A DNA stretch of 64,000 bases from a virus (lineage: Duplodnaviria; Caudoviricetes), in the IMG/VR virus record IMGVR_UViG_3300012983_000036, positions 1-64,000 of that record. One strand, written 5' to 3'. Below the pieces are notes generated by a model, which saw only the letters and a list, made by a program, of their open reading frames with translations, had not been told where the DNA came from and did not search any database. The position numbers and the translations under genes are program-made. Below are positions 9,794-20,340 of the stretch, piece after piece (the stretch's first letter is position 1; each line of letters starts with the position of its first letter).

Positions 9794-10342
9794 ATGAAAA
9801 ACTATCGTAATATTGATACTAATAAGAAAACAGTAGAAGATACAAATAAGGGTAATGTTACATTTACTACCGGTGATTACTCTTATTATTCAAAGATACT
9901 TAAAAAACCTTTTGATACTGTAGCTGCTCTTAAAGAAGCTGAAGCTGCATACTTTGCAGAGCAGAAAGCCAAAGAAGATAAAGCTGCTGTTAAAAAGGCA
10001 GATGCTGAAAAAGTTCAGGATGCTTTTAAAGCACTGAATGCTGCTAGAAAGACTTTTAAAGAAGACAATGCTTCTCTTGATAAGCAGTATCGTGAAGGTC
10101 TTAAGCAGCTTAAGGATAAATATGAAGAATCTAGAAAGGTTATTCTTGCAAAGCTTGAAAATAGTGAAACAGCCTATGCGGCTGCACTTAAAGCTTTTAC
10201 TGACAAGTACCCCGAGGGCTATCATATCACTTTAAAAGATGGTGACTTTGAAACTACTATCGACAATAGAGTTGGTTCTGTAACAGCTGCTAATGTAAAA
10301 CCTTTCTGTGCTTTTGACGAACTTCTTCAGTTACTTTTCTGA
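9794..10342 (+). CDS. Coiled-coil hypothetical protein
   Basis: A/K/E-rich helical segment; AGGAG RBS. Confidence 0.75.
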   Translation: MKNYRNIDTNKKTVEDTNKGNVTFTTGDYSYYSKILKKPFDTVAALKEAEAAYFAEQKAKEDKAAVKKADAEKVQDAFKALNAARKTFKEDNASLDKQYREGLKQLKDKYEESRKVILAKLENSETAYAAALKAFTDKYPEGYHITLKDGDFETTIDNRVGSVTAANVKPFCAFDELLQLLF

Positions 10343-10404
10343 TTTAATTTAAAATAATTACTGAGACAATATTAAAAATTTTAAATTAATATCGTATAAT
10401 AACA

Positions 10405-10495
10405 CATAGGGTTTGAACGACATTTACATATTCATGATAAATCCTCCTTTCATTGAGCTCCGGTTTTCCTCCCGACCGGAGCTTACATTTTATTT
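10405..10495 (+). ncRNA. Candidate anti-RBS small RNA 1 (or structured leader)
   Basis: After CGTATAATA motif; contains antisense image of GAAAGGAGGATTTATCATG; hairpin agctccggt/accggagct with CCTCC in the loop. Confidence 0.45.
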
Positions 10496-10512
10496 ATAAG
10501 GAAAACACAAGT

Positions 10513-10902
10513 ATGACTGACAATGACATGATGTTACAATTAATAGAACGTGCTAAGAATAAGGATTACTCTAAATTTCGATATTTACGAAATTGGAAAG
10601 ATTACCGGTATATCCGGCAAACCAAGAAGACTCTAGAATTAACTATCTCAGCTTTGCAGAAGGCCGCAGACAATACTCTAAAGTCTTACTGCCGTGAAGT
10701 AAGACGTGGTACTTCAGAAATTACTAGACTGGTAGCCTTTACTATTTTAAATAACACTTTAAAGTTCTATAAAGAAGAACTCGATATTATTAATCATATG
10801 ATTTACGAGTATGAAGCTTATCTTCTGTGTGGCAATTATGTAGCGGCTTTCTTTGGAGCTGAGCGAACTGATGCTGAATTGTGGGATCATAGAGAGGAAT
10901 AA
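10513..10902 (+). CDS. Hypothetical protein
   Basis: ATG 10513 in ORF 10453-10902. Confidence 0.65.
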   Translation: MTDNDMMLQLIERAKNKDYSKFRYLRNWKDYRYIRQTKKTLELTISALQKAADNTLKSYCREVRRGTSEITRLVAFTILNNTLKFYKEELDIINHMIYEYEAYLLCGNYVAAFFGAERTDAELWDHREE

Positions 10903-10904
10903 AC

Positions 10905-11129
10905 ATGGAACATACTTTAGTAACATTATTTAACACTTATGCAGAACTAGATAATCCTCCTATCTTAGAGTTGCTTGACATTAATAACAAGCCTGTTGGT
11001 GCACTTTATTTAGATAAACTTAAGTATAGAAACTTTATAATCTCGGATACTGACAGCTCCGAAAAATACTATTTATATATAGACGGTGTGGGAATTTACT
11101 TTTCATTTTACCGGAAATTGAGTCTCTAA
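10905..11129 (+). CDS. Hypothetical protein
   Basis: ORF with GAGGA RBS, coupled to upstream gene. Confidence 0.6.
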   Translation: MEHTLVTLFNTYAELDNPPILELLDINNKPVGALYLDKLKYRNFIISDTDSSEKYYLYIDGVGIYFSFYRKLSL

Positions 11130-11297
11130 TATTGTATAATATTATGTAGAGATTTTTAATTTTGATAAGGATAACAGACTTAAAAATCTGTTATCCTTTT
11201 TAATTTTAGCTCCTCAAAAAAGGTCATTTTATAAGCTAAATTAAATACACCGGGTTGAGGTGTATAGTATATAAATTTAATAGAAAGGTGCGATGTC

Positions 11298-13532
11298 ATG
11301 CAAAGAGTTATTAAGCGTGACGGCCGTGAGGTCGAGTTTGATAAGACTAAAATTATCGAGGCACTCTCGTGTGCTAATAGAGAAATCATGAAATCGAAGC
11401 AGATTGGTCCGAGGAAGATTAATCAGATTGCTTCTATTATAGAAGAGCGTTGTAAGGAATATAAGCGAGCTATTAAAGTAGAAGACATTAATGATATGGT
11501 CGAAGATGAACTAATCTACCGAAATTACAACAATCTTGTCCGAGCCTTTATTCAGTATCGTTACAATAAAGAGCTTATTAGAAAATCAAATACAACTGAT
11601 GAATCAATTCTCAGTTTAATTAATCTAAATAATGAGGAACTCAAACAAGAAAACTCAAATAAGAATCCAGTGATTACATCTACACAGCGTGATTACATGG
11701 CGGGCGAAGTAAGTAAAGATCTTACACGTAGATTACTCCTAGATAGAGATGTTGTTCAGGCTCACGATGTAGGAGTACTTCATTTCCATGATACAGATTA
11801 CTATGCCCAGCGTATTCATAACTGTGATTTAGTCGACCTAGAGGATATGCTCCAGAATGGCACCGTCGTATCCGGAACTCTTATTGAGAAACCTCATAGC
11901 TTTGCTACTGCATGCAATATTGCAACTCAGATAGTTGCTCAGGTTGCTAGCAGCCAGTATGGCGGGCAGAGCATCACTCTCTCTCATCTTGCTCCTTTCG
12001 TAGACATTAGTCGACAGAAGATTAGAGCCGAGGTAGAAGAAGAACAACGTCTAGCATGCAATAAAACTTACAATGTGAACATAACTGAATTCTCAAATTC
12101 GATGAAAGACGCAATTGATGAAATTACTGAAAGACGAGTTAGGTCAGAAGTAAAACGTGGAGTACAGACTATTCAGTATCAGGTTAATACCTTAATGACT
12201 ACAAATGGTCAAGCACCATTTATCACAGTATTTGCTTACTTAGGTGAAGTCAAAGATAACCGCACTAGAAAAGATCTTGCCATGATCATTGAGGAAGTCT
12301 TACTGCAGAGAAGACAGGGTATCAAGAATGAGAAAGGTGTATGGGTAACTCCAGCATTCCCGAAGCTTATCTATGTACTAGAGGAATGCAATGCCCGTAA
12401 AGGATCTGAGTACTTCTACTTAACCGAGTTAGCAGCAAAGTGTACTGCTAAACGTCTAGTTCCTGACTATATTAGTGAAAAGATCATGAAAGAACTTAAG
12501 GAAGGTGGCTGCTTCCCTCCAATGGGTTGTCGTTCATGTCTTAGTCCTTGGTATGATGAAGACGGTAAGCAAAAATGGTATGGCCGCTTTAATAAAGGTG
12601 TTGTTACTGTAAACTTAGTAGATGTAGCTTGCGGCGCAGATGGTGAAAACTATGCTAAGGATCTAGCAAGCTTTTGGAAAAACTTTGATGAAGTACTTGA
12701 GCTTTGTCATAAGGCTCTCCTCTGTCGTTATGAAAGGCTTAAAGGTACTGTTAGTGACGTAGCTCCAATCCTTTGGCAGCATGGAGCAATTGCTCGACTA
12801 AAGAAAGGTGAGACGATCGATAAGTTACTTACAGGAGGCTACTCAACTATTAGCCTAGGTTACGCAGGATTGTGGGAGTGTGTAGTAGAACTTATTGGTA
12901 AGAACTTACTTACTGAAGAAGGTCAGGAACTTGGACTTGAGATCATGAAATATATGAATAAGAAGTGTGACGAGTGGAACCAGGAACTTTACCTAGGCTT
13001 TGGGATTTATGGTACTCCGCTAGAAAGTACTACTTACAAGTTTGCCAAGTGTCTTCAGAAGAGATACGGAATTATTCCCGGAGTTACTGATAAGAGTTAT
13101 ATTACTAATAGTTATCATGTACATGTAGAAGAACCGATTGATCCTTTTGAGAAACTCAGAGTAGAAAGTAAGTTTCAGAGACTTTCATCAGGCGGCGCAA
13201 TCAGTTACATAGAAAGTGCTAACTTGGAAAATAACATTGAAGCTATTCTTACTATCATCGAATATATCTATGATAATATTATGTATGCCGAAATTAATAC
13301 TAAGTCTGACTATTGCCAAGAGTGTGGCTGGGATCATGAAATCCTTATTGACGAAGATGAGTCTGGTAAATTAATCTGGAAATGCCCTAACTGCGGTAAT
13401 ACTGATCAGTCTAAGATGAATGTTGCTAGAAGAACATGCGGTTACATTGGAACTCAGTACTGGAACCAAGGTAGAACCCAAGAGATTAAAGACCGCTATG
13501 TTCACCTAGACTGCCATGAGTGTGGATGCTGA
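11298..13532 (+). CDS. nrdD: Anaerobic ribonucleoside-triphosphate reductase (class III)
   Basis: ATP cone (VIKRDGR..FD..KI), MGCRS, YITNSYH, CxxC..CPNC, RRTCGY glycyl-radical motif. Confidence 0.97.
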   Translation: MQRVIKRDGREVEFDKTKIIEALSCANREIMKSKQIGPRKINQIASIIEERCKEYKRAIKVEDINDMVEDELIYRNYNNLVRAFIQYRYNKELIRKSNTTDESILSLINLNNEELKQENSNKNPVITSTQRDYMAGEVSKDLTRRLLLDRDVVQAHDVGVLHFHDTDYYAQRIHNCDLVDLEDMLQNGTVVSGTLIEKPHSFATACNIATQIVAQVASSQYGGQSITLSHLAPFVDISRQKIRAEVEEEQRLACNKTYNVNITEFSNSMKDAIDEITERRVRSEVKRGVQTIQYQVNTLMTTNGQAPFITVFAYLGEVKDNRTRKDLAMIIEEVLLQRRQGIKNEKGVWVTPAFPKLIYVLEECNARKGSEYFYLTELAAKCTAKRLVPDYISEKIMKELKEGGCFPPMGCRSCLSPWYDEDGKQKWYGRFNKGVVTVNLVDVACGADGENYAKDLASFWKNFDEVLELCHKALLCRYERLKGTVSDVAPILWQHGAIARLKKGETIDKLLTGGYSTISLGYAGLWECVVELIGKNLLTEEGQELGLEIMKYMNKKCDEWNQELYLGFGIYGTPLESTTYKFAKCLQKRYGIIPGVTDKSYITNSYHVHVEEPIDPFEKLRVESKFQRLSSGGAISYIESANLENNIEAILTIIEYIYDNIMYAEINTKSDYCQECGWDHEILIDEDESGKLIWKCPNCGNTDQSKMNVARRTCGYIGTQYWNQGRTQEIKDRYVHLDCHECGC

Positions 13533-14020
13533 TGAGATATAATACTATTAGACAACTTGATATAGCTAACGGACCTGGATGTAGAGTTTCTCTCTTCATC
13601 CAGGGATGCTCCTTCAACTGTCCCGGTTGCTTTAATACTTCAGCTAAAGATTTTGACGGAGGTCAGGAATTTACTGACCAGACTCTTGAAAGTATTTTAG
13701 CTTTAGCAGAACCGCAGCAGATTAGCGGACTGAGTATCCTCGGTGGAGAACCACTACATCCTAAGAATCGCGAAGAAGTTATTCGAATAGCTCGAGAATT
13801 TAAAAAGAAGTATCCAACCAAGAGTGTTTGGCTTTGGACTGGATATCTAATAGAAGATGTATTTGAATTCTTGGTAGATTCTAAAATAGATGTAGTAGTT
13901 GATGGACAGTTCGTAGAGGAACTTAAGGACCTTCGACTTATGTATAGGGGAAGTTCTAATCAGAGAGTTATTGATTTAACAGAAACCCTTCGAACTGGAG
14001 AAATCATATTATATAAATAA
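13532..14020 (+). CDS. nrdG: Anaerobic RNR activating protein (radical SAM)
   Basis: NGPGCRVSLFIQGCSFNCPGCFN (CxxxCxxC), LGGEP, RGSSNQR; TGATG overlap with nrdD. Confidence 0.95.
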   Translation: MRYNTIRQLDIANGPGCRVSLFIQGCSFNCPGCFNTSAKDFDGGQEFTDQTLESILALAEPQQISGLSILGGEPLHPKNREEVIRIAREFKKKYPTKSVWLWTGYLIEDVFEFLVDSKIDVVVDGQFVEELKDLRLMYRGSSNQRVIDLTETLRTGEIILYK

Positions 14021-14024
14021 AATC

Positions 14025-14085
14025 ATAACGTTTATAATTATAGACAAACTGCACGGTTTCGTTTATAATTATAAACGTTATTTTA
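14025..14085 (+). terminator. Long inverted repeat / terminator after nrdG
   Basis: ataacgtttataattata...tataattataaacgttat then T-rich. Confidence 0.6.
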
Positions 14086-14098
14086 TTTATTTTAACTA

Positions 14099-14226
14099 TT
14101 TACAATTTAGGTAATTTATGGTATAATAAATATACATTATATATAATGCTTGTTACCAAGAGCATTATAAAATATTTAAAAATTTTTATAAAAAGGGTTT
14201 ACAAATATGGAAAAATATGTTATAAT
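14099..14226 (+). promoter_or_regulatory. Two tandem SigA-type promoters
   Basis: TTTACA(14099)-17-TATAAT(14122) and TTTACA(14198)-17-TATAAT(14221). Confidence 0.75.
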
Positions 14227-14259
14227 ATATTTGTAAGTTAAACTTAGGAGGAAAACAAA

Positions 14260-14850
14260 ATGAATACAATTAAAGAATTAAAAAACAGAGATGAACTCGT
14301 AAAACATATCGTAGAAGACCTTGATGATTTTGAGGAAGATACTGTAGTTTCTTACGAAGTGTGGGCAATTGGTTACGACCCTGAAGATAATGTAACTGAT
14401 GCCGAAACCTACTTTGCTTCTTTCGATGACCCTGACGAAGCAATTGAATATGCTCAAAAGATTACTTTACCTGACATTATCTGTATGACTCCTGACGATG
14501 ACACTGAGTCTGATTATGACATTTCTTACATATCAGTTGAAGTTGAGACAGTTGTTAAGGAAGATGAAGAGTCTTATAATGTTGGTACTATCTTTAAAAA
14601 TCCTGTCTGGCTTTCAGATGAGGAAGGTCCTGAGTATGATGAGGTTACAGCTATCGTTGAAGTTTCCTCTTCAGATTATGAGCTTCTTGAAGACGGTTCT
14701 ATTAAAATAGATCGTGAACTTTTAGAAGACTATAATAAGAATGATACAATTCAGGTTAGGTACATTGATGAAGATAATCAGCCTGTAATGACCTATAAGA
14801 TTATTTCAAAGACAACTGATAACTCTTTTATCTGTGAGTTTATTTATTAA
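14260..14850 (+). CDS. Highly acidic hypothetical protein
   Basis: AGGAGG RBS; very D/E-rich. Confidence 0.75.
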   Translation: MNTIKELKNRDELVKHIVEDLDDFEEDTVVSYEVWAIGYDPEDNVTDAETYFASFDDPDEAIEYAQKITLPDIICMTPDDDTESDYDISYISVEVETVVKEDEESYNVGTIFKNPVWLSDEEGPEYDEVTAIVEVSSSDYELLEDGSIKIDRELLEDYNKNDTIQVRYIDEDNQPVMTYKIISKTTDNSFICEFIY

Positions 14851-14863
14851 GGAGGATAAAGTA

Positions 14864-15280
14864 ATGGTTAAAGAAATTATTAAAGATGAGAATATTCTTA
14901 AACAAAAGAGTGAACATTTTATTTTTGGAGAAGATGAATACCTTATTCAGGACCTCCTTGATACTGCGAATGAACACAAAGAAAATTGCGCGGGTCTTGC
15001 GAGTATTCAGTTAGGAGTTCCTAAAAGAATTGTTGTGGTAAAACAAGGCACTAAGTACATACCCTTTATAAATCCTATGATAATTCAGAAGAGTCCTAAA
15101 ACTTACATAGCAACTGAAGGTTGTTTAAGTCTTGATGGTACCAGACAGGTTAAGAGGCACTCTTCAATAAAGGTTGTTTGGAGAACTGCTAACGGCCAAA
15201 GAAAAGTTCAGATGTTTAACGGCTTTATAGCAGAAGTACTTCAGCACGAAATCGACCATTGCAATGGTATACTTATTTAA
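14864..15280 (+). CDS. def: Peptide deformylase
   Basis: CAGLASIQ, EGCLS, QHEIDH motifs; AGGAGG RBS before ATG 14864. Confidence 0.92.
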   Translation: MVKEIIKDENILKQKSEHFIFGEDEYLIQDLLDTANEHKENCAGLASIQLGVPKRIVVVKQGTKYIPFINPMIIQKSPKTYIATEGCLSLDGTRQVKRHSSIKVVWRTANGQRKVQMFNGFIAEVLQHEIDHCNGILI

Positions 15281-15308
15281 AAATTTTACAATTTTTTCCA
15301 AAAAACTA

Positions 15309-15337
15309 TTTACAAATTAAATAAAACATGTTATAAT
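15309..15337 (+). promoter_or_regulatory. SigA-type promoter
   Basis: TTTACA-17-TATAAT. Confidence 0.75.
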
Positions 15338-15394
15338 ATACTTGTAAGTTAAACAAAGACGACTTACAAGTATATTACATATATCTGGGAGGAT

Positions 15395-16135
15395 ATGAAA
15401 ATGTTTTATAAAAAAGGTATTGATATTACAAACGACAAACAGATGTTTGAGTTTTTAGCAGGACACTTTACTTATCCTACAATGAACTTTCATAATTATC
15501 TATATTCTATTGCCAACAAAGTAAAACTTTATAATCTTTGTTTATCAGGTGATTGGTGTGTTGCTCTCAGTCTTCTTGAGAATGGTGAATATGAAACTCT
15601 TGAAATTATGATTAACGATTGGGAACTTGCACATCCTGGTTATGAAGTTTATTTCAATGGTCGTAGCGGTGGTTATCTTATTCTTAAAGCTAAAGATTCT
15701 AACGGAAATCTTCTTCCTGATGATATTGTTGAATCTGACAACTATGATGACTATAAAAGTTATTGCAGACATTATTACGGTTCTGTAAAAGCAAATCGTG
15801 ATGACTTGGTTTTCTATACTAACCTTGTTCGTGACTTTGATAAACTCTGTGATGAACTTCGTGATTATTGTGACAGACTTTCTCAGCTTAAGTTTGAAGT
15901 TGTTGAAATGGAAAACGCTGTTGATGACTTTAACGAACGTTATGGTAATGACCTTGAGCTTCTTGGATTTGAACCTCTTCAATGTGATAGTGAAGGTAAG
16001 GTAAATGTTTCTGAAATTAAGACTTTAATTTGTTTGAGTGAAGCTTTCAATCGAATTGTACACAGCAAAGATGGTCCTTACGATATAATACATGATGAAA
16101 ATGGTTATGTTTATTATAGTAAAAGTAATTTGTAA
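15395..16135 (+). CDS. Hypothetical protein
   Basis: ORF with FNGRSGGYL motif, downstream of early promoter. Confidence 0.75.
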   Translation: MKMFYKKGIDITNDKQMFEFLAGHFTYPTMNFHNYLYSIANKVKLYNLCLSGDWCVALSLLENGEYETLEIMINDWELAHPGYEVYFNGRSGGYLILKAKDSNGNLLPDDIVESDNYDDYKSYCRHYYGSVKANRDDLVFYTNLVRDFDKLCDELRDYCDRLSQLKFEVVEMENAVDDFNERYGNDLELLGFEPLQCDSEGKVNVSEIKTLICLSEAFNRIVHSKDGPYDIIHDENGYVYYSKSNL

Positions 16136-16223
16136 ATAAATTGTAAACAAATTAAAAAAGGGGTTTACAAAATTAGCAAAATATGTCATAATATGTATAT
16201 AATAAAATTTGGAGGATTTACAT

Positions 16224-17081
16224 ATGTTACAGGATACCAAAAAAGATCTTACTTTACTTGCGCGCAAACTTACAAAACCGTACGAACAGTACACTATTGA
16301 TGAGCTAGCTGACGCTTATTGTGCAGCAGTGGACTCAGGCAACACGGTTCTAAAGGATATTTACATATCAGCTTTAATACTTAGATTTTGGTATACTATC
16401 GATAAGATGTATGCGTCCAATACAGTAGCTCCTAGCTTGGAGAGAGAAGATTTCTTCGACTGGCTTTACGAAGGTATTGAGTATGCTTGTAAATATAGAG
16501 GCTGGCAAGACCCTAGTAAAAAATTGAATGCTCAGCAGTGTATCAATCAGTGTATTAACACAATTAAACTTCAGAAATACTATGACCTCAGACTTGACAA
16601 GCATAAAGCTGTTAATAATTCTTACAGCTTAGACGCACCTCTTTCAGGTGAGGGTGAAGAAGGTAAGAGTCTTGCTGATGTTCTTGTGTCTGATGTTGAT
16701 ATGGAAGATACAAGCGAATATGACGCAACACTCTTAATTCAAAGTTACATAAATAAAAATAAAATTGTTGAAGCTATCATTCTTGATAACATAGCTTTTA
16801 ACGATACGCAGAAGCATTTCAAGAAAACAATCAAGACTCAGAACTCTGAGGGTGAAGATATAAAGTATGTAGAGCATAGCAGTGAGTTCTGGCCCTATCG
16901 TTTGGTTCAGCTGGTAAGCAAGTTACCTGATACATATAAAAGTTACTTTATGTCTAAGTATAACATTTCTGAAGACAAGCTTAATGCAGTTCTTGAAACT
17001 ATTGATAGAGCTAACAATCAAAAAATCTATCGTTACCTTGACAAGACTCTTAAAGACCTCAGAGCAAACTTTGCATATTAA
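16224..17081 (+). CDS. Divergent sigma70-family RNA polymerase sigma-factor-like protein
   Basis: Region 2-like LILRF...EREDFFDWLYEGIEYACKY and region 3-like YSLDAPLSGEGEEGKSLADVL; own promoter TTTACA(16164)-17-CATAAT. Confidence 0.55.
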   Translation: MLQDTKKDLTLLARKLTKPYEQYTIDELADAYCAAVDSGNTVLKDIYISALILRFWYTIDKMYASNTVAPSLEREDFFDWLYEGIEYACKYRGWQDPSKKLNAQQCINQCINTIKLQKYYDLRLDKHKAVNNSYSLDAPLSGEGEEGKSLADVLVSDVDMEDTSEYDATLLIQSYINKNKIVEAIILDNIAFNDTQKHFKKTIKTQNSEGEDIKYVEHSSEFWPYRLVQLVSKLPDTYKSYFMSKYNISEDKLNAVLETIDRANNQKIYRYLDKTLKDLRANFAY

Positions 17082-17156
17082 AAATTGTGGGAAGCTAAAA
17101 TACTAGCTTCCCTTTATTGTATATTATAATAGTATAATAGTCGGAGGCTTACACAC

Positions 17157-17870
17157 ATGTATTTGGATTTATTTGATGAACTTAAATTAAATAAAAAATT
17201 AATAAAGATAGCAGGTTTTGAAGTCGCTGCTTACTGGGCAGAGTTGCAGAGCATCCTTAAACAAGTAGTAAAGAAACAGACCATGGACGAACATGGTTTC
17301 TTCATTTTGGATAGAGACTTTGTAGAACGTGAAACTACTCTTACACTTAAGAAGCAACTTAAGTGTGATGATAAGCTTATGGAACTTGGAGTAATGCTTA
17401 AGGATCATACTAATCCCAATAGAATTGCGATTGCAGTAAACGGAATGGTTGCGGTGATCACGGACGAAGACACTACAAAACTTAAGAAGACTTCTGCAGT
17501 GAAGAAAGATGAGAAGGCCGCAAAGATCGCCGGCATTAAAGCAACTATGAAGAAAGCTATTCTGGAAACTGATCCTGATATACGTTATGCGTATGAACAG
17601 TGGGTAGATGGCATGGTAGATGCTCAGAACTGTAGATTTACCAAAGCAGTAGTTCAGCTGTTTGAGAAGACTGTTACTGAGTATACTACGGATAAGGATA
17701 CACGGATTAAGATTATCGGCATTGCTACTATAAATAGTTATCGAGATGCCACTTGGGCAATTAACAAACTTGGAGGTTCAAACTTTAGAAACATGTTTAA
17801 TAACGCTTCAACTCTTAAACCGCTAACACAGAAGGTTGGTACGAGCGTTGCCGAAGATGTTACATTTTAA
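17157..17870 (+). CDS. Putative replication initiator / replisome organiser (N-terminal wHTH)
   Basis: NKKLIKIAG..A.YWAEL...GFF.L....VERETTLT...Q......L.ELG resembles phage initiator wHTH domains. Confidence 0.45.
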   Translation: MYLDLFDELKLNKKLIKIAGFEVAAYWAELQSILKQVVKKQTMDEHGFFILDRDFVERETTLTLKKQLKCDDKLMELGVMLKDHTNPNRIAIAVNGMVAVITDEDTTKLKKTSAVKKDEKAAKIAGIKATMKKAILETDPDIRYAYEQWVDGMVDAQNCRFTKAVVQLFEKTVTEYTTDKDTRIKIIGIATINSYRDATWAINKLGGSNFRNMFNNASTLKPLTQKVGTSVAEDVTF

Positions 17871-17885
17871 TTAAGGAGGATTACT

Positions 17886-18949
17886 GTGAGGGTATCAGAC
17901 TCAGACACATGCGTAGCTTACTATTTTAAACGAAGACGACACTGCATTGTAGGACCTATTGAAGCACAGGATCATAGATATGATTTTGAATATATAAAAA
18001 AGTATGTTTTACATTTAATTGATAAAGCAAAGAAGACTAAAACACAAAAGCGTATTAAAGATGAAATTATAAATTGTATGTCTTTTAATGAGCTCATTGC
18101 TATAGTTGATCGTGTGATTGCCCACGGTGATAATACTGAATTTATAGATTATTATAATTAAATCCTGTGTGTTTTGTCAGTTTACAAGGTTGGTAATATA
18201 TGGTATAATATGTTTGTAAGTTAAACAAAGTGGCTTGCAGATTATATTACATATTTCGGAGGATTTAATTATGAGCCTGTGTGAAAAATGTGAAAAACGA
18301 ACTAATGATGTTTTTATTAATGTCTTTGATGAGACTTTATGTGAAGACTGCTGGGATGATTATCTCATGACTGACCGTGGAAAGCTTGAATACTTCATCG
18401 GTATTGCTAAAGGAGATCTTCCTATTTCCGATTACGACGCAGACTTCTTAGGACATGTTGCTACTTGCTGGAATAAGTATAAAGAAGAGCTTAACTATTT
18501 TAAAACAATAATTGAATCAATTGAAACAAAAGCAAAAAATATTGGTTTGTTATAAGGAGGAAATAAATATGTCAACACATTGTGGAATTGCAGTTAGAAC
18601 CGAAAAGGGTTATGAGACAATCAGTTGTCATTGGGATGGCATGCCGAGTCGTATGCTTCCGAAGTTGCAGAACCATTATAATTCAGAAGCTCTCGCTAAT
18701 CTGTTAATAAGCGGTGGAGACGCTTCTTCAATCGGCAGTAAGTTTAAACCTACAGGTAAGTATCATAGCTTCGATAATCCTGAAAAAGATGTTTGTGTAT
18801 TCTATCATCGTGATCGTGGTGAAGACTGGACAGATACAAGACCTGCTATCTACGGTAAAAACTTGGTTCTCGATATGTACTATTTTATGTATATCTGGGA
18901 AAACGGTTGCTGGACCGCTTATGCAGATGGAAAGAAGGTTACAGTATGA
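17886..18949 (+). other. Three hypothetical ORFs (17886-18161, 18271-18555, 18569-18949)
   Basis: RBS-led ORFs; last has the CHWDG.P motif common in phage proteins; promoter TTTACA(18181)-17-TATAAT. Confidence 0.65.
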
Positions 18950-20247
18950 AAACACTTGAGTCTTTTAAAATATTCTACGATGAGATTCTTCAGAGCAACT
19001 CTCGTAAGTATAAGCAGGAGGTTCTGCGAAAGTATAAGGATGATGAAGTAATTAAGAAGTATCTTCAGATTGCTCTCGACCCTTACAGAGTTTATGGTAT
19101 ATCAACTAAGAAGTTGTGCAAGCAGATTCTTTCAGCTTCTTCCTATGTACCAAGGTCTAGAACTGTGTTCGAGTTATTCGATTATCTTGAACAGCATAAT
19201 ACTGGAACCATTGCAGAAATCTTAGAGTGCCAGTGCTTTGTAAACGCAGCAGCGGTTTCTTCGACCGAACTTGCTGAGCTCCTTAAATCACTTATTTGTA
19301 AAGATCTTTCTATCGGGTGTGACGCCAAGACTATCAATAAGGAAATTCCTGACCTTATCCCAACCTTTAATGTTCAGTTGGCGAATAAGTACTTCGACAA
19401 ACCTGAGTATGTGGAAGGTAAGACTTTTGCTCTTACTACTAAAATCGACGGCGGTCGTATTATCGCACTCAAGGAAGATGGCAAGGTATCCTTCTACACA
19501 CGCGCAGGTCAGAAGTATGAAGGTTTAGTAGACCTTGAACAGGAAATGGCAGAGAAGCTTCCTGATGGTCTTTGTCTTGATGGTGAGATTACTCTCCTTG
19601 AGAACGAAGGTATTCCTTCTAAAACAGCTTACAAACAGGCAATGAAGATCACTCGTTCTGATGGTGAGAAACACGGACTTAAGATGATCGTGTTTGATGC
19701 TATGCTTGCTGAAGAGTTCAGAAATCAGAGATGTGATCGTGTATGGGAAGAAAGAAGAAGAGCACTCAATATGATCTTTGGACCGCGTGATCTTACCTAC
19801 TTCGAGTTACTTCCTGTACTTTATCAGGGTGAGGATACTGAAATGATTCTTAAGTATCTTGACGAAGCTATTGCTGACAAGCAGGAAGGTATTATGATTA
19901 ATCTTACTCTCGCTCCTTATGAGTTTAAGAGAACCAACTATCTTCTTAAAGTAAAGAAGATGTCTACTCTGGATCTTGAGATTGTAGGTTTCGAAGAAGG
20001 TACCGGCAGACTTGCAGGAACTCTTGGAGCTATCTTAGTTCGTTACAAGAATGGTAACATCGTTAAGGTAGGATCAGGTTTTTCTGATATACTTAGAACT
20101 GAGATTTGGAACAACCAAGATGAATGGCTTGGTAATATTTGTGAGATCCAGTACTTCGAAGAAACTACTAATGCTGATGGTGGTGAGAGTCTTCGTTTCC
20201 CAGTGTTTAAAGATTATCGACCTGATAAAACAGAAGCTGATTATTAA
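18946..20247 (+). CDS. lig: ATP-dependent DNA ligase
   Basis: TKIDGGR (motif I KxDG), LDGE, FD, EGIM, LLKVK, KVGSGF, LRFPVF. Confidence 0.95.
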   Translation: MKTLESFKIFYDEILQSNSRKYKQEVLRKYKDDEVIKKYLQIALDPYRVYGISTKKLCKQILSASSYVPRSRTVFELFDYLEQHNTGTIAEILECQCFVNAAAVSSTELAELLKSLICKDLSIGCDAKTINKEIPDLIPTFNVQLANKYFDKPEYVEGKTFALTTKIDGGRIIALKEDGKVSFYTRAGQKYEGLVDLEQEMAEKLPDGLCLDGEITLLENEGIPSKTAYKQAMKITRSDGEKHGLKMIVFDAMLAEEFRNQRCDRVWEERRRALNMIFGPRDLTYFELLPVLYQGEDTEMILKYLDEAIADKQEGIMINLTLAPYEFKRTNYLLKVKKMSTLDLEIVGFEEGTGRLAGTLGAILVRYKNGNIVKVGSGFSDILRTEIWNNQDEWLGNICEIQYFEETTNADGGESLRFPVFKDYRPDKTEADY

Positions 20248-20340
20248 ATTAATAAATTATTAAAACCTGTGTATAGAATTACACAGGTTTTTTATTATAT
20301 CTTTGTGTGTTATTTAATGTCAAAAATTGTCAAAAAAGTA

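Noticed and set aside
11298-13532. Intron or intein in nrdD
   Set aside because: Continuous ORF of ordinary length with no intein motifs
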